Shown here one piece after another: positions 54,784 through 64,000 of a stretch of 64,000 bases of DNA. A program made the position numbers and the translations under genes. The stretch's first letter is position 1. The number at the start of each line of letters is the position of its first letter. The DNA comes from Calditrichia bacterium (GTDB lineage: Bacteria; Calditrichota; Calditrichia; JAJRVZ01), in contig CAWCNS010000007.1 in assembly GCA_963796965.1 (NCBI GenBank), positions 448,001-512,000 of the forward strand, written 5' to 3'. The notes under the pieces were generated by a model that had not been told where the DNA came from, searched no databases, and saw only the letters and a list, made by a program, of their open reading frames with translations.

Positions 54784-55365
54784 ATGTCTTTTACTTTACA
54801 ATTGGGCACAAAGGCCCCGGATTTTAAATTACCAGCAACCGATGGCAATACTTATAAAATGGATGATTTTCATGATTCTCCTGTCATCGTCCTTTTTTTC
54901 ACGTGCAACCATTGTCCCTATGTGGTTGGCTCCGATGAGATTACACGGAAATCCGCTGAAAAATTCGCACCAAGAGGGGTAAAATTTGTTGGCATCAATT
55001 CTAATAGTAAAATCACCCACCCGGATGATGATTTTGATCATATGGTCGGTCGTATGGAAGAAAAAAAATTCCCATGGTTATACCTATATGATGAATCGCA
55101 GGATATTGCCAGGGCCTATGGGGCACTCCGAACACCCCACTTCTATGTTTTTGATAAAGAAAGAAGACTTATTTATACAGGGCGTGCTGTTGATACACCA
55201 CGGGATACCTCTAAAATGACTGTAAATGATCTTGAGAAGGCTTTAGAAGAGCATTTAGTCGATAAGCCAATATCCACCCCTCTTACTAATCCAATTGGAT
55301 GTAATGTCAAATGGGAGGGTCAGGATGCCCATTGGATGCCGGCCGATGCTTGTGATTTGGTATAA
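54784..55365 (+). CDS. AhpC/TSA-like thioredoxin family protein
   Basis: [30 protein letters not shown]. Confidence 0.9.
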   Translation: MSFTLQLGTKAPDFKLPATDGNTYKMDDFHDSPVIVLFFTCNHCPYVVGSDEITRKSAEKFAPRGVKFVGINSNSKITHPDDDFDHMVGRMEEKKFPWLYLYDESQDIARAYGALRTPHFYVFDKERRLIYTGRAVDTPRDTSKMTVNDLEKALEEHLVDKPISTPLTNPIGCNVKWEGQDAHWMPADACDLV

Positions 55366-55525
55366 TGATGATGCAGTCAATGATCATTCCGAATTTATTT
55401 CGGAATCTATTACATAGACAGCCAGGTGAGATGCTGAAATAAATTCAGCATGAAATTTTTGCGTACCTGAGTTATTCATATTTTCCTATCGTTCATCATG
55501 GGATAACAATAATAAGGTGTAATAT

Positions 55526-57404
55526 ATGAAATATAATCCTGTAATTTTATTAGTTCCGTTCTCCTTTTGTTATTCGCAGGCCAACAAATTATACATGACT
55601 AAAAATTTTCAGTCTGGCCTATCAAAATCAGACCCGTGCTTTGAATGGTACACCCGGAGAAGCCTATTGGCAAAACCGGGCTGATTACCAAATTCATGTC
55701 TCATTGGATCCTTCACGAGGGATTGTATCAGGGACAGAAACCATCCGGTACACAAACAATAGTCCGGATACGCTCTCCTATCTGATCATTCACCTTTTCC
55801 CTAATGTTTATAAAAAAGGAACCCCGCGGGATTTTGAAGTAGCATATGGGGATGAGTCAGATGGTTTAATTCTAAAAGAGATTACAATCGATGGACAAGA
55901 TATCGATGTATCAAAAAACAGCATCTCGATTGAATACCTTCATAACGATTTTAAATTAATACTACCCCAGCCTCTTAAATCTGATGAAGCGCTAACTGTT
56001 TATATTTCCTGGGAATATACCGTTAATGAAACTTCACATATGCGTACGGGACAAGTGGATCCCTCATCCTTCTTTATCGCCTACTTTTTCCCCCGAATCG
56101 CAGTCTATGATGATATTGACGGCTGGAATGATTTTTTCTACAGTGGGCGTGCTGAATTTTATAATGATTTTGGTGATTTTGACGTATCGATTAGTCTACC
56201 ACCAAACTATATCGTGTGGGCCACCGGAGAGCTTCAGAATCCGCATCATGTTCTTACAAATAAATATGTGGATAAAATGCAAAGGGCCATGGATAGCGAT
56301 CACATCGTATCGATTGTTAATGAATCTGACGACCAAAAAAATATTACACTGCAGAACCAGCAAAACACTTGGCAGTTTAAAGCCCATAAAGTCAGCGATT
56401 TTGCCTTTGCTACCAGCGATCATTATTTATGGGATGGAACCAGCCTCAAGGTTGATGAGACAAGTGGAAGACGGGTTTTCATCATTTCCGCCTATAACAA
56501 GAACTCAGAAGATTTCTATTCAGTGGCTCAGATTGCCAGGGAGGCCATCAATTTTATGTCCACTGATTTTCCTGGTGTGCCCTTTCCCTACCCGGAAATG
56601 ACAGTTTTTAATGGCCTTGATGAGATGGAATATCCGATGATGGTCAATGATCTTTCATTCGACGACATGAGTTATGTACGCAAACTTACTTCTCATGAAA
56701 TATTTCATACCTACTTCCCTTTTTATTTGGGAATCAATGAATCAAAATATGCCTGGATGGATGAGGGCTTCGCCAGTTATGGGGACTACCTCATAAGTAA
56801 TGCATTAGATACAAGTGGATATTCCAGTATTTATTATCTGGACCGTTACAAGAGAAATCAAGTTTATGATACAGATATGCCGATTATATCGAATTCGAAG
56901 TTCTTAAAAAAATATACCTATCACTATAACGCCTATGCGAAACCGGCGGTATTTTTGATTATCCTGCGCGACTTTCTCGGTGATAATAATTTTAAAGAAG
57001 CTATAAGGGAGTTTATGTTTCGCTGGGAAGGAAAGCATCCTACACCCTATGACTTTTTTTATACCCTAAACGATGTCACAAATCAAAATCTGAACTGGCT
57101 TTTCCAGCCCTGGTTTTTTGATTTTGGGTATGCTGATGTCGGTCTAAAAAAGGTAGAAACGGCAGAAAAATATTATAAAGTTATCATCCAGAAAAAGGGT
57201 CACTATCCTGTTCCGGTGACGATTGAAGTAACCTATACAGATGGTAGTATAGAATTGTTGAAAAAGCCCGTCTCCATTTGGAAAAATGGCAATTCTGAAT
57301 ATGAAGCAAAAGTGGAATCAGATAAGTCTATAAATAAGGTCGAATTAGTGCCGGGTATCCTTCCCGATGCTGATGCCTCGAATAATCTTATCGTCATGGA
57401 TTGA
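55526..57404 (+). CDS. M1 family zinc metallopeptidase, secreted (frameshift near 55612)
   Basis: YWQNRADY, MEYPM, HEIFH...WMDEG (HEXXH+E), GKHPTPYDFF; signal peptide in another frame from ATG 55526. Confidence 0.9.
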
Positions 57405-57522
57405 ATATTTGTTTCTCGCAGCGCCAATAAGTTGCATAAGACAAAAGAAAAAAGAAAAATAAGATGCTTTTGTATGACAATGAAGTAATTTGCCAGATTA
57501 TTAGGGATAGAACTCATCAATT

Positions 57523-58515
57523 ATGAAGAAAATTAATTGGGGTATATTAGGAACGGCGACGATTGCCGTAGAGAAGGTGATTCCGGCTATGCAAAAAGGA
57601 AAATATACCCACGTCACCGCCATTGCATCACGCAATTTTAAAAAAGCACAACAGGTTGCCAAACAATTTGATATTACCAAGGCCTGGGGTAGCTATGAGG
57701 ATTTAATTAAGGACAATGAGATTTCAGCTGTTTATATACCATTGCCCAATAATCTTCACGTGGAATGGGCCACCAAAGCATTACAAGCGGGCAAACATGT
57801 ATTATGTGAAAAACCAATTGGCCTGAATACATCAGAAGCAGAACGCCTCCTGCAAGTCTCTCAAGAATTCCCACAACTAAAAATCATGGAAGCATTTATG
57901 TACCGCTTTCATCCCCAATGGACCAGGGTAAAAGAAATAATTGATTCGAACAGAATTGGCGAGCTGCAACTGATCAACTCTCATTTCTCTTTTTTTGATG
58001 ATGATCCACAAAGTATTGTAAATAAAAGAGAGTTAGGCGGAGGCAGCCTATTGGATATTGGCTGCTATAGCATTTCCCTCTCCAGGTATCTATTCGACTC
58101 CGAACCAAAAAAGATTTTAGGTCATATGGATATTGACGCCCGATTCAAGATTGATCAAAAAACTTCCGGTATCATGGATTTTGGTTATGGAAAGATTTCA
58201 ACGTTTACCTGCGCGACACAGCAATTTGAACATCAAAAGGTTAATATCTTTGGCACATCAGGTATGATAGAAATGACATCTCCCTTTATTGTGGAACCTG
58301 ACCAAAGCGCAACTCTCCAAATAAATAGTGAAAACGGAAGTGAGAAAATTCTCATCAATCCTACTGATCATTATGCTGAGCAGGCAGAAATTTTTTCTCA
58401 ATCTATTTTATTTGACCACCAGTTACCTGTCTCTTTGGATGATGCCATTAAAAATATGAACACATTAGATTCCATAGTTCTAAGTTCTTCAAAAGGTGCA
58501 TGGATAACCATATAA
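57523..58515 (+). CDS. Gfo/Idh/MocA family oxidoreductase (cytoplasmic)
   Basis: WGILGTA, YIPLPNNLH, GKHVLCEKP, MEAFMYRFHPQ, GGGSLLDIGCY. Confidence 0.92.
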   Translation: MKKINWGILGTATIAVEKVIPAMQKGKYTHVTAIASRNFKKAQQVAKQFDITKAWGSYEDLIKDNEISAVYIPLPNNLHVEWATKALQAGKHVLCEKPIGLNTSEAERLLQVSQEFPQLKIMEAFMYRFHPQWTRVKEIIDSNRIGELQLINSHFSFFDDDPQSIVNKRELGGGSLLDIGCYSISLSRYLFDSEPKKILGHMDIDARFKIDQKTSGIMDFGYGKISTFTCATQQFEHQKVNIFGTSGMIEMTSPFIVEPDQSATLQINSENGSEKILINPTDHYAEQAEIFSQSILFDHQLPVSLDDAIKNMNTLDSIVLSSSKGAWITI

Positions 58516-58532
58516 ATTGCAGCGGGTCTTCA

Positions 58533-58994
58533 ATGATATTAAGGCAGGCCAAAGCAGAAGACTTACACATCATCATGAACTGGATCAGAGATGAAAAGTC
58601 TTGTCGAATATGGGCTGGTCCCGGGCTCAGATTTCCCTTTGTTTGGGACAGGTTTATCACAGACCTTGGCTTTTTTACCTACGACACCTATGTACTTGCC
58701 GACAATAATGATAATCCCGTTGGATTAGGACAGATTATGGACCGTGATGGCCGCCAACATCTGGCCCGGATTCTTGTTAATCCCGATTGCCGTGGATTGG
58801 GATACGGGCGCCTGCTATGCAATAAGTTAATAGAAAGAGGTCGTTCTCAAAACAAAAATAAACCATTCAGCCTTAATGTCTACCAGCATAATAAAGTGGC
58901 TATAAATTTGTACGAATCTCTCGGATTTATTATCTCTCCAAATCAAAAAACCGTACCAACGCCTGATTCCATCTTTATGATTCGCTCTGCTTAA
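58533..58994 (+). CDS. GNAT family N-acetyltransferase
   Basis: LARILVNPDCRGLGYG, NKVAINLYESLGF. Confidence 0.88.
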   Translation: MILRQAKAEDLHIIMNWIRDEKSCRIWAGPGLRFPFVWDRFITDLGFFTYDTYVLADNNDNPVGLGQIMDRDGRQHLARILVNPDCRGLGYGRLLCNKLIERGRSQNKNKPFSLNVYQHNKVAINLYESLGFIISPNQKTVPTPDSIFMIRSA

Positions 58995-59603
58995 AAGATA
59001 TCTGCTTCTGTCCTTACTTTTCTAAATATCATGTTCTGCTATTAAACAAAAGGTTATGATCAATACCTATATTGATTCTACGTTAAAACAAGGTCAGATC
59101 AAATCATTGGCCATTTTTTCATCAGAAAATAATTCTCTTGCACGGGGCGAGATTCAAAACCTGAACAAGATAATCTAAAAAGGGACAGAGAAAAGAAACC
59201 CCTATCTAGATCTGATCCATCCTGACAAAACAGCACGTATTCTAAAAAAACAGACAGTCGCTGTCAATTGGCGACAATTTTATGATCATTATCATAAATA
59301 TGGCCGACCTGATAAAAAGACTTTAGCCTCGCTTGGCAATGCTCTTGGGGCACAAGCAGTATCCTTTTTTTTATAGTATTGAGTGATATCGTTCGTCAGG
59401 ACGGCATATATAACATAAAAACGACTGTTTCACATGTATCAGTAAGATTCAGCGTTTTCGAAACCGAGTGAGAGTGGCTGATATGGGAAGGTACTAGCGA
59501 AAGGAGAAAAGAAAATAAGATCACCTTCGAGAAAGCCCCTCCCCTAACCGATGCGGTCGAATTGGCCCTGGATAAACTATTAGTAAACTTTCCGGTGATG
59601 TAA
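58987..59603 (+). pseudogene. Degraded lipoprotein gene (not in ORF track)
   Basis: Reconstructed LKRYLLLSLLF*ISC signal/lipobox, then MINTYID..., NWRQFYDHY..LGNALGAQAV, ...FETE*EWLIWEG..., ending TAA 59603; two in-frame stops and about three indels. Confidence 0.6.
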
Positions 59604-59647
59604 GGAACCTTTGGATCCATGACACATGATGCCATATGCGGGATGAT

Positions 59648-59766
59648 ATCCCAAATCCCATATCCCACATCTCGTATCCCACATCTCGTATCCCGCATCT
59701 CGTATCCCATATCTCCCATCTGGCATCTCAAATCACAAATCCACAATTCCTAATTCCTAATTCCTT
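59648..59766. repeat. Degenerate heptamer tandem array (ATCNNNN x17)
   Basis: ATCCCAA ATCCCAT ATCCCAC ATCTCGT ... ATTCCTA ATTCCTT in unbroken 7-nt phase. Confidence 0.9.
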
Positions 59767-59855
59767 ATAACAAATTACCAATCACCAACATCTTCCCTTT
59801 ATCAAAATTTTTTCATACCTTTAAGTTGAAGAGTCAACAGAAAAGGAAGAAAGTA

Positions 59856-60221
59856 GTGATCCCACATATCAAATCACCAACTCTTATCAAATCCGCAGGC
59901 AACAAACCTAAATTAATTAATGAATTTATTGGTAGGGTAAACTCAAATTCGGGTGATATCAGCATTGCCCGTATGAAAAGTCCCTCTGGATGGGAAGAAC
60001 CTGCACAAACCCCTGAATTTGATGAATATACATTTGTTCTCAAAGGCAAGGTTCAGGTTCAAACACAAGGAAAAATTTATCATATAAAAGAGAATGAAAT
60101 GTTTGTTGCCCAAAAAGGAGTTCAGGTTCAGTATGCCACACCGACAGAAGAAGGCGCTGAATATATCGCTATATGTCTTCCGGCATTTTCACCCGATACA
60201 GTTCACAGGGCAGATGAATGA
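59856..60221 (+). CDS. Cupin domain protein
   Basis: GNKPKLINEFIGRVNS, SIARMKSP.GWEEP.QTPEFDEYT, CLPAFSPDTVHR. Confidence 0.85.
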   Translation: MIPHIKSPTLIKSAGNKPKLINEFIGRVNSNSGDISIARMKSPSGWEEPAQTPEFDEYTFVLKGKVQVQTQGKIYHIKENEMFVAQKGVQVQYATPTEEGAEYIAICLPAFSPDTVHRADE

Positions 60222-60812
60222 TTAAAAGAATTTCCGTTTTTTGTGGCTCAGGCTCCGGAAGTGATAAAAGACTATGCAGCCGCAGCTGTAAGTTTTGGAG
60301 AACTCCTCGCTAAAAAAAACATCGGACTGGTTTATGGCGGTGGAAAAGTGGGCTTGATGGGTGAAATAGCCAGGACTGTTGTGAAAAATGGCGGACAAGT
60401 GACAGGAGTTATCCCCGAATCTTTGGCACAAAAAGAGGTTGCCTTTAATGACCTAAACGATTTGCGTGTTGTCACTTCTATGCATGAGCGTAAAGCCCTG
60501 ATCGCAGAACTTTCAGATGCCTTTATTGCGCTACCCGGTGGATTTGGTACTTTTGAGGAGATATTCGAAGCGATTACTTGGACCCAATTGGGAATTCATA
60601 ACAAGGCCTGCGGCTTTCTAAATGTTAGGGGATATTTTGATCACTTGATTAAATTTATCGAACATGCTGTCGAGCAACAATTTATCCACACTCAAAATAA
60701 ATCATTGGTTCTTATCGATGATGATCCCGAAAAATTATTAAATAAAATTGAAGCATTTGAACCGATTAGAGTTGATAAAGCCCGCTGGGCCTTAGAAAAG
60801 TTAGTCAAATAG
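60218..60812 (+). CDS. LOG family nucleotide phosphoribohydrolase (TIGR00730 type); frameshift near 60268
   Basis: MIKRISVFCGS from an ATG overlapping the cupin stop (ATGA); then VYGGG, MHERK, PGGFGTFEE. Confidence 0.9.
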
Positions 60813-60845
60813 ACTTACGTCTTCAGATAAAAGGCAAGAATTATT

Positions 60846-60946
60846 TTGTCCACGAATTACACTAATTAACACGAATTATTTAATGATATTATTAATTCTT
60901 ATTTTTTGATCTTTAATTAGTGAAAATTCGTGAAATTCGTGGACAA
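60846..60946. repeat. Family C long imperfect inverted repeat (9-10 nt periodic CACNAATT arms)
   Basis: TTGTCCACGAATTACACTAATTAACACGAATTA ... TAATTAGTGAAAATTCGTGAAATTCGTGGACAA; a second copy at 61753-61849 lies on the other side of the RraA gene. Confidence 0.85.
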
Positions 60947-61025
60947 TTATATTAGCATTCTTTCAAGATGAATTTACGCGTCTAAAAACAGATATTTTTT
61001 TTCTAAAATCATATAGAGGGTATTT

Positions 61026-61733
61026 ATGAACACCAACCATAATATCAACGCTTTAAAGGATTTTGACACACCGGCCATCACAAATGTTCTCGGATCTTAT
61101 CCGGGAGAATCGTTCTGCCTCGGCCTCTACGATCCATGGAAAGATAACTGGTATACGGATCAGTCTATCCGCTGTATGTTTCCTGAACTTGGTCGCACTT
61201 TAGGCTACGCTGTAACCTGTTTCTATGGACTTCCCCATCCTGATAAACCTTCACTTCCCTTCATTGATTTAGTGGAGGCATTAGATGCATCACCAAAACC
61301 AACGGTTCTCGTTTTCCAGCAGGACTTCCCACCTGAGATTAGTGATAAAGTCGGATTAGCCGGGGGTGTAATGACGACGACGATGAAAGCGGTGGGTTGT
61401 GTGGGGGCGATATCCAATGGCCCCTCACGGGATATGGATGAGATCCGTCCAATGAACTTTCAATACATGCTCAGTGGTACAACGGCCGGACATGGGGATA
61501 TGGCTATTCAGGCTATCAATATTCCCGTCTCTGTTGCCGGTATGGATGTAACACCTGGCGAAATTATCCACATGGATGAAAACGGGGCCTGTAAATTTCC
61601 AGCGGAGAAACTGGATGCCGTTTTGGAAAATGTGAAAAAGTTAAGAGATGAAGAAGCCATCCTAATGGCCAAACTAAAAAAAGCAAATTCGGCTATTGAA
61701 ATCAAAAGAATTTTCAACAAGGAATCTTATTAA
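61026..61733 (+). CDS. RraA / HMG-aldolase family protein
   Basis: DTPAITN, GYAVT, GAISNGPSRD, PGEIIHMDENG. Confidence 0.85.
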   Translation: MNTNHNINALKDFDTPAITNVLGSYPGESFCLGLYDPWKDNWYTDQSIRCMFPELGRTLGYAVTCFYGLPHPDKPSLPFIDLVEALDASPKPTVLVFQQDFPPEISDKVGLAGGVMTTTMKAVGCVGAISNGPSRDMDEIRPMNFQYMLSGTTAGHGDMAIQAINIPVSVAGMDVTPGEIIHMDENGACKFPAEKLDAVLENVKKLRDEEAILMAKLKKANSAIEIKRIFNKESY

Positions 61734-61879
61734 CCAGAAATTATTTTTTATTTGTCCATGAATTACACGGATTTACACGAATTGTAAAAATAAAATATTC
61801 TATTGAATCTTTTATTTAAAATTAGTGCTAACTCGTGTAATCCGTGGACTTTTTTCTCTTTTGTCTTTTTTATTGTATC

Positions 61880-64000
61880 TTAATATATCTTCGGTCTTGG
61901 TTCACCCTTATAAGGCGCAGCACCAAATTTTTGTCCCTTACGCGGTTTAACCGAAAGAAGATCTTTATCATCCGTTGTTGGTGCCTGGATAAAACCATGA
62001 TAACGTCCCATCCAATAATCACGCAGAAATCCGGAGGGCTCCATTACACGCCGTCCTCCTACACCACCATCATAGCCATAACCATTACGACTTCCCCTGC
62101 TCACAGAGGTCTCTCTTGGTGATAACGCTCTCGAATTGCCACCTTCGTAGGGAATATCCCCCGGGGCCGGTTTCAAATCAGTTCGGAAGGAGTTGCGAAA
62201 ATTCCATTCCACACAATCCAATGTCCATTCCCGCAAAGCTTTTACCGCCTTTTCTACTTCGCAGTCATTACCTGAGGCCACACCATAAGTGAAATTAAAC
62301 CAGGCCACATGTTCCATTCGTTTAACTTCCCATGAGCGCGCCAGACTGCGCAGATAGAGTGCTCTCATTATCGGATCTTTTGTATAACGCATCATGGTAT
62401 AATAACTCTCAAAGGCCAGATTATCATCCCAGGGTGCCACATCAGCCTGGGGGAAAGTCCTTTTTTGCCGTTCCGTATAATTATGATAGCCCCAGGCAAG
62501 TAATTGGTCATAGGCTGATTTATACTTTTTCGTCACCACTGACACCTAAAGCGGTTAACATGAAAGCCTGCACTTCAAGTCCGTTCAGACCGCGGTCCCA
62601 GGACCCATAGGGTCGCAGTAGATACTCCGGATCCCAGCGCCCCCAGCGTGTGGGTTTATCATCCATATCGCGCATGACAAAGCCATTGTCGATGATATGA
62701 GAAGCGATGTTTTTAAGGTGCTGTGCGGCCATTTCTTTTTCTTTTCCTTCGGCCACAAGATCATGGAAGAGTGAAACGGAATAAAAATGAGCGATAACCT
62801 CATCACTGGATGTATCCCCCTTCCAGTACCATTTTTTATCTTCTGTGGAATACCATTTTGCCGGCAGGCCACCTGAACCATGCCGTGAACGATTATCTTG
62901 GTCACCTGATGCCGACCAGATTGCTCTGGCAATAAAACCATCTTTTGGTGTAACCTTATCCAGCCAGAGCATCGCCTTAAAAGCCTCCACTGCTTGTGCA
63001 CGGGCTGTCTCATCTCCAGTGACCTCGTATTTATAACTCATTGCTGCCAGGAATGGTGCTGTATGCCCCCCGTCATTATCACTAATCTCACGTATCCATT
63101 CATCACCATTTTTGTAAATAGTATGAATGAATCCTAGTCGTTTATGACCCCATTCATTTATATGGCGTTCATAAAATTCGGCCTTCTTACGAAGGGTGTA
63201 TGGCTCATAAGTGATAATTCCGATCCCTGCATCTGTTCCAACATAAACGACTTTGTCCCCAACAGCAATATCATGGACATTATTACCAGGAAGCCAATGA
63301 TCGGCGCCAAAATAATGCCAATCTTTACCTGTCCAGCGCACAGCGCCCTTTGTGGTTCCGATCCACATATCCCTCGCAAAACCCTGTCTCAACACTGTCG
63401 TATTTTCATACGGCAATCCTTCATTCCCCCCAATAGTTGTCATCGCAGCACCACGTAACTGAGCGAGGCCGCGGTCCGTGCTAATAAACAAACGGCTGCC
63501 GAAACTGAGCAGGTCACGGGTATTGTAGGACGGCAACCTTCCCCAATCGACAAAATCCCTGTTCACGATTCTCCCATCGAATAATACAATTTTTCCTGGA
63601 CGTAATACATAGATGGTTTCATTATAGGAGGCAATGCGGTGAATGGGGCCAATCTGGACCGGATCTGCCAAAACCTGGGATCCATCTGCCATAACCATGG
63701 TGATATCACTGGAAAGGTATCCACCCTCAGGCTGAACACTCACAAATTTATCCTGGTCTAGACGATAGACTTCATCGCGTGTAGCACCATGTACTTTACC
63801 ATTATGCATACAAATATCGAGAAAATGCTTGTCATCTACCTGCTTCCACTCATCTGTATAACGGTATATCCCTTTTGAGGTTAACACCCAAAGGGCCCCA
63901 TCAGCGGAAATAATTCGGTCTATTTCTTGTGGGCCTTTTTTTACTGCTAATAAATTGTCGTCTTTGAGGGTGTAGAGACGCCCCTCCATCACCGCATAAC
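61880..64000 (-). CDS. Large hypothetical protein: beta-propeller (Reg_prop-like) + helical barrel; 5' end beyond window; frameshift near 62525
   Basis: STDRGL, GLP, WIGTTKG and WLP.NNV.DI propeller repeats; ISDNDG, WKGDTSSDE and TRWGRW conserved-looking core; ORFs 62520-63992 and 61880-62545 overlap by one frameshift. Confidence 0.7.

Noticed and set aside
56026..56601. 191-aa overlapping ORF inside the M1 peptidase
   Set aside because: Alternative-frame shadow ORF with no motifs.
59469..59471. Second in-frame TGA as possible selenocysteine
   Set aside because: No SECIS-like hairpin seen, no redox motif, and the gene has other stops and frameshifts.
59396..59746. 116-aa minus-strand ORF ([26 protein letters not shown]...)
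   Set aside because: Translation of the heptamer array plus the antisense of the pseudogene; no protein-like features.

Overview
AT-rich bacterial genomic DNA, most likely from an FCB-group anaerobe such as Calditrichota or KSB1. This is inferred from an NYPNPFNP C-terminal secretion domain, an anaerobic sulfatase maturase and selenocysteine use. About 45 genes are present. They comprise exported hydrolases; a ~33 kb sulfated-glycan/sugar catabolism region (two sulfatases, anSME, GH43, a GH123-like protein, AraA-like and lyxose-type isomerases, three Tat-signal FucI/AraA-fold paralogs, and two URO-D-like + RhaT modules); a selenocysteine peroxiredoxin with a clear SECIS that the ORF track splits in two; metA/metY; a Ser/Thr kinase-PEGA / TPR / giant secreted Ig-repeat protein operon; a hybrid histidine kinase; and housekeeping enzymes. 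About 11 genes carry single-base indels, mostly +1, which look like long-read consensus errors. I found no rRNA, tRNA, CRISPR array or autonomous transposase. Most intergenic spacers hold short palindromic or periodic repeat elements of at least four families. Several of these carry a second ~20-22 nt palindrome nested inside, which is the least explained sequence pattern in the window. All product calls come from motif recognition by eye; no database searches were run.
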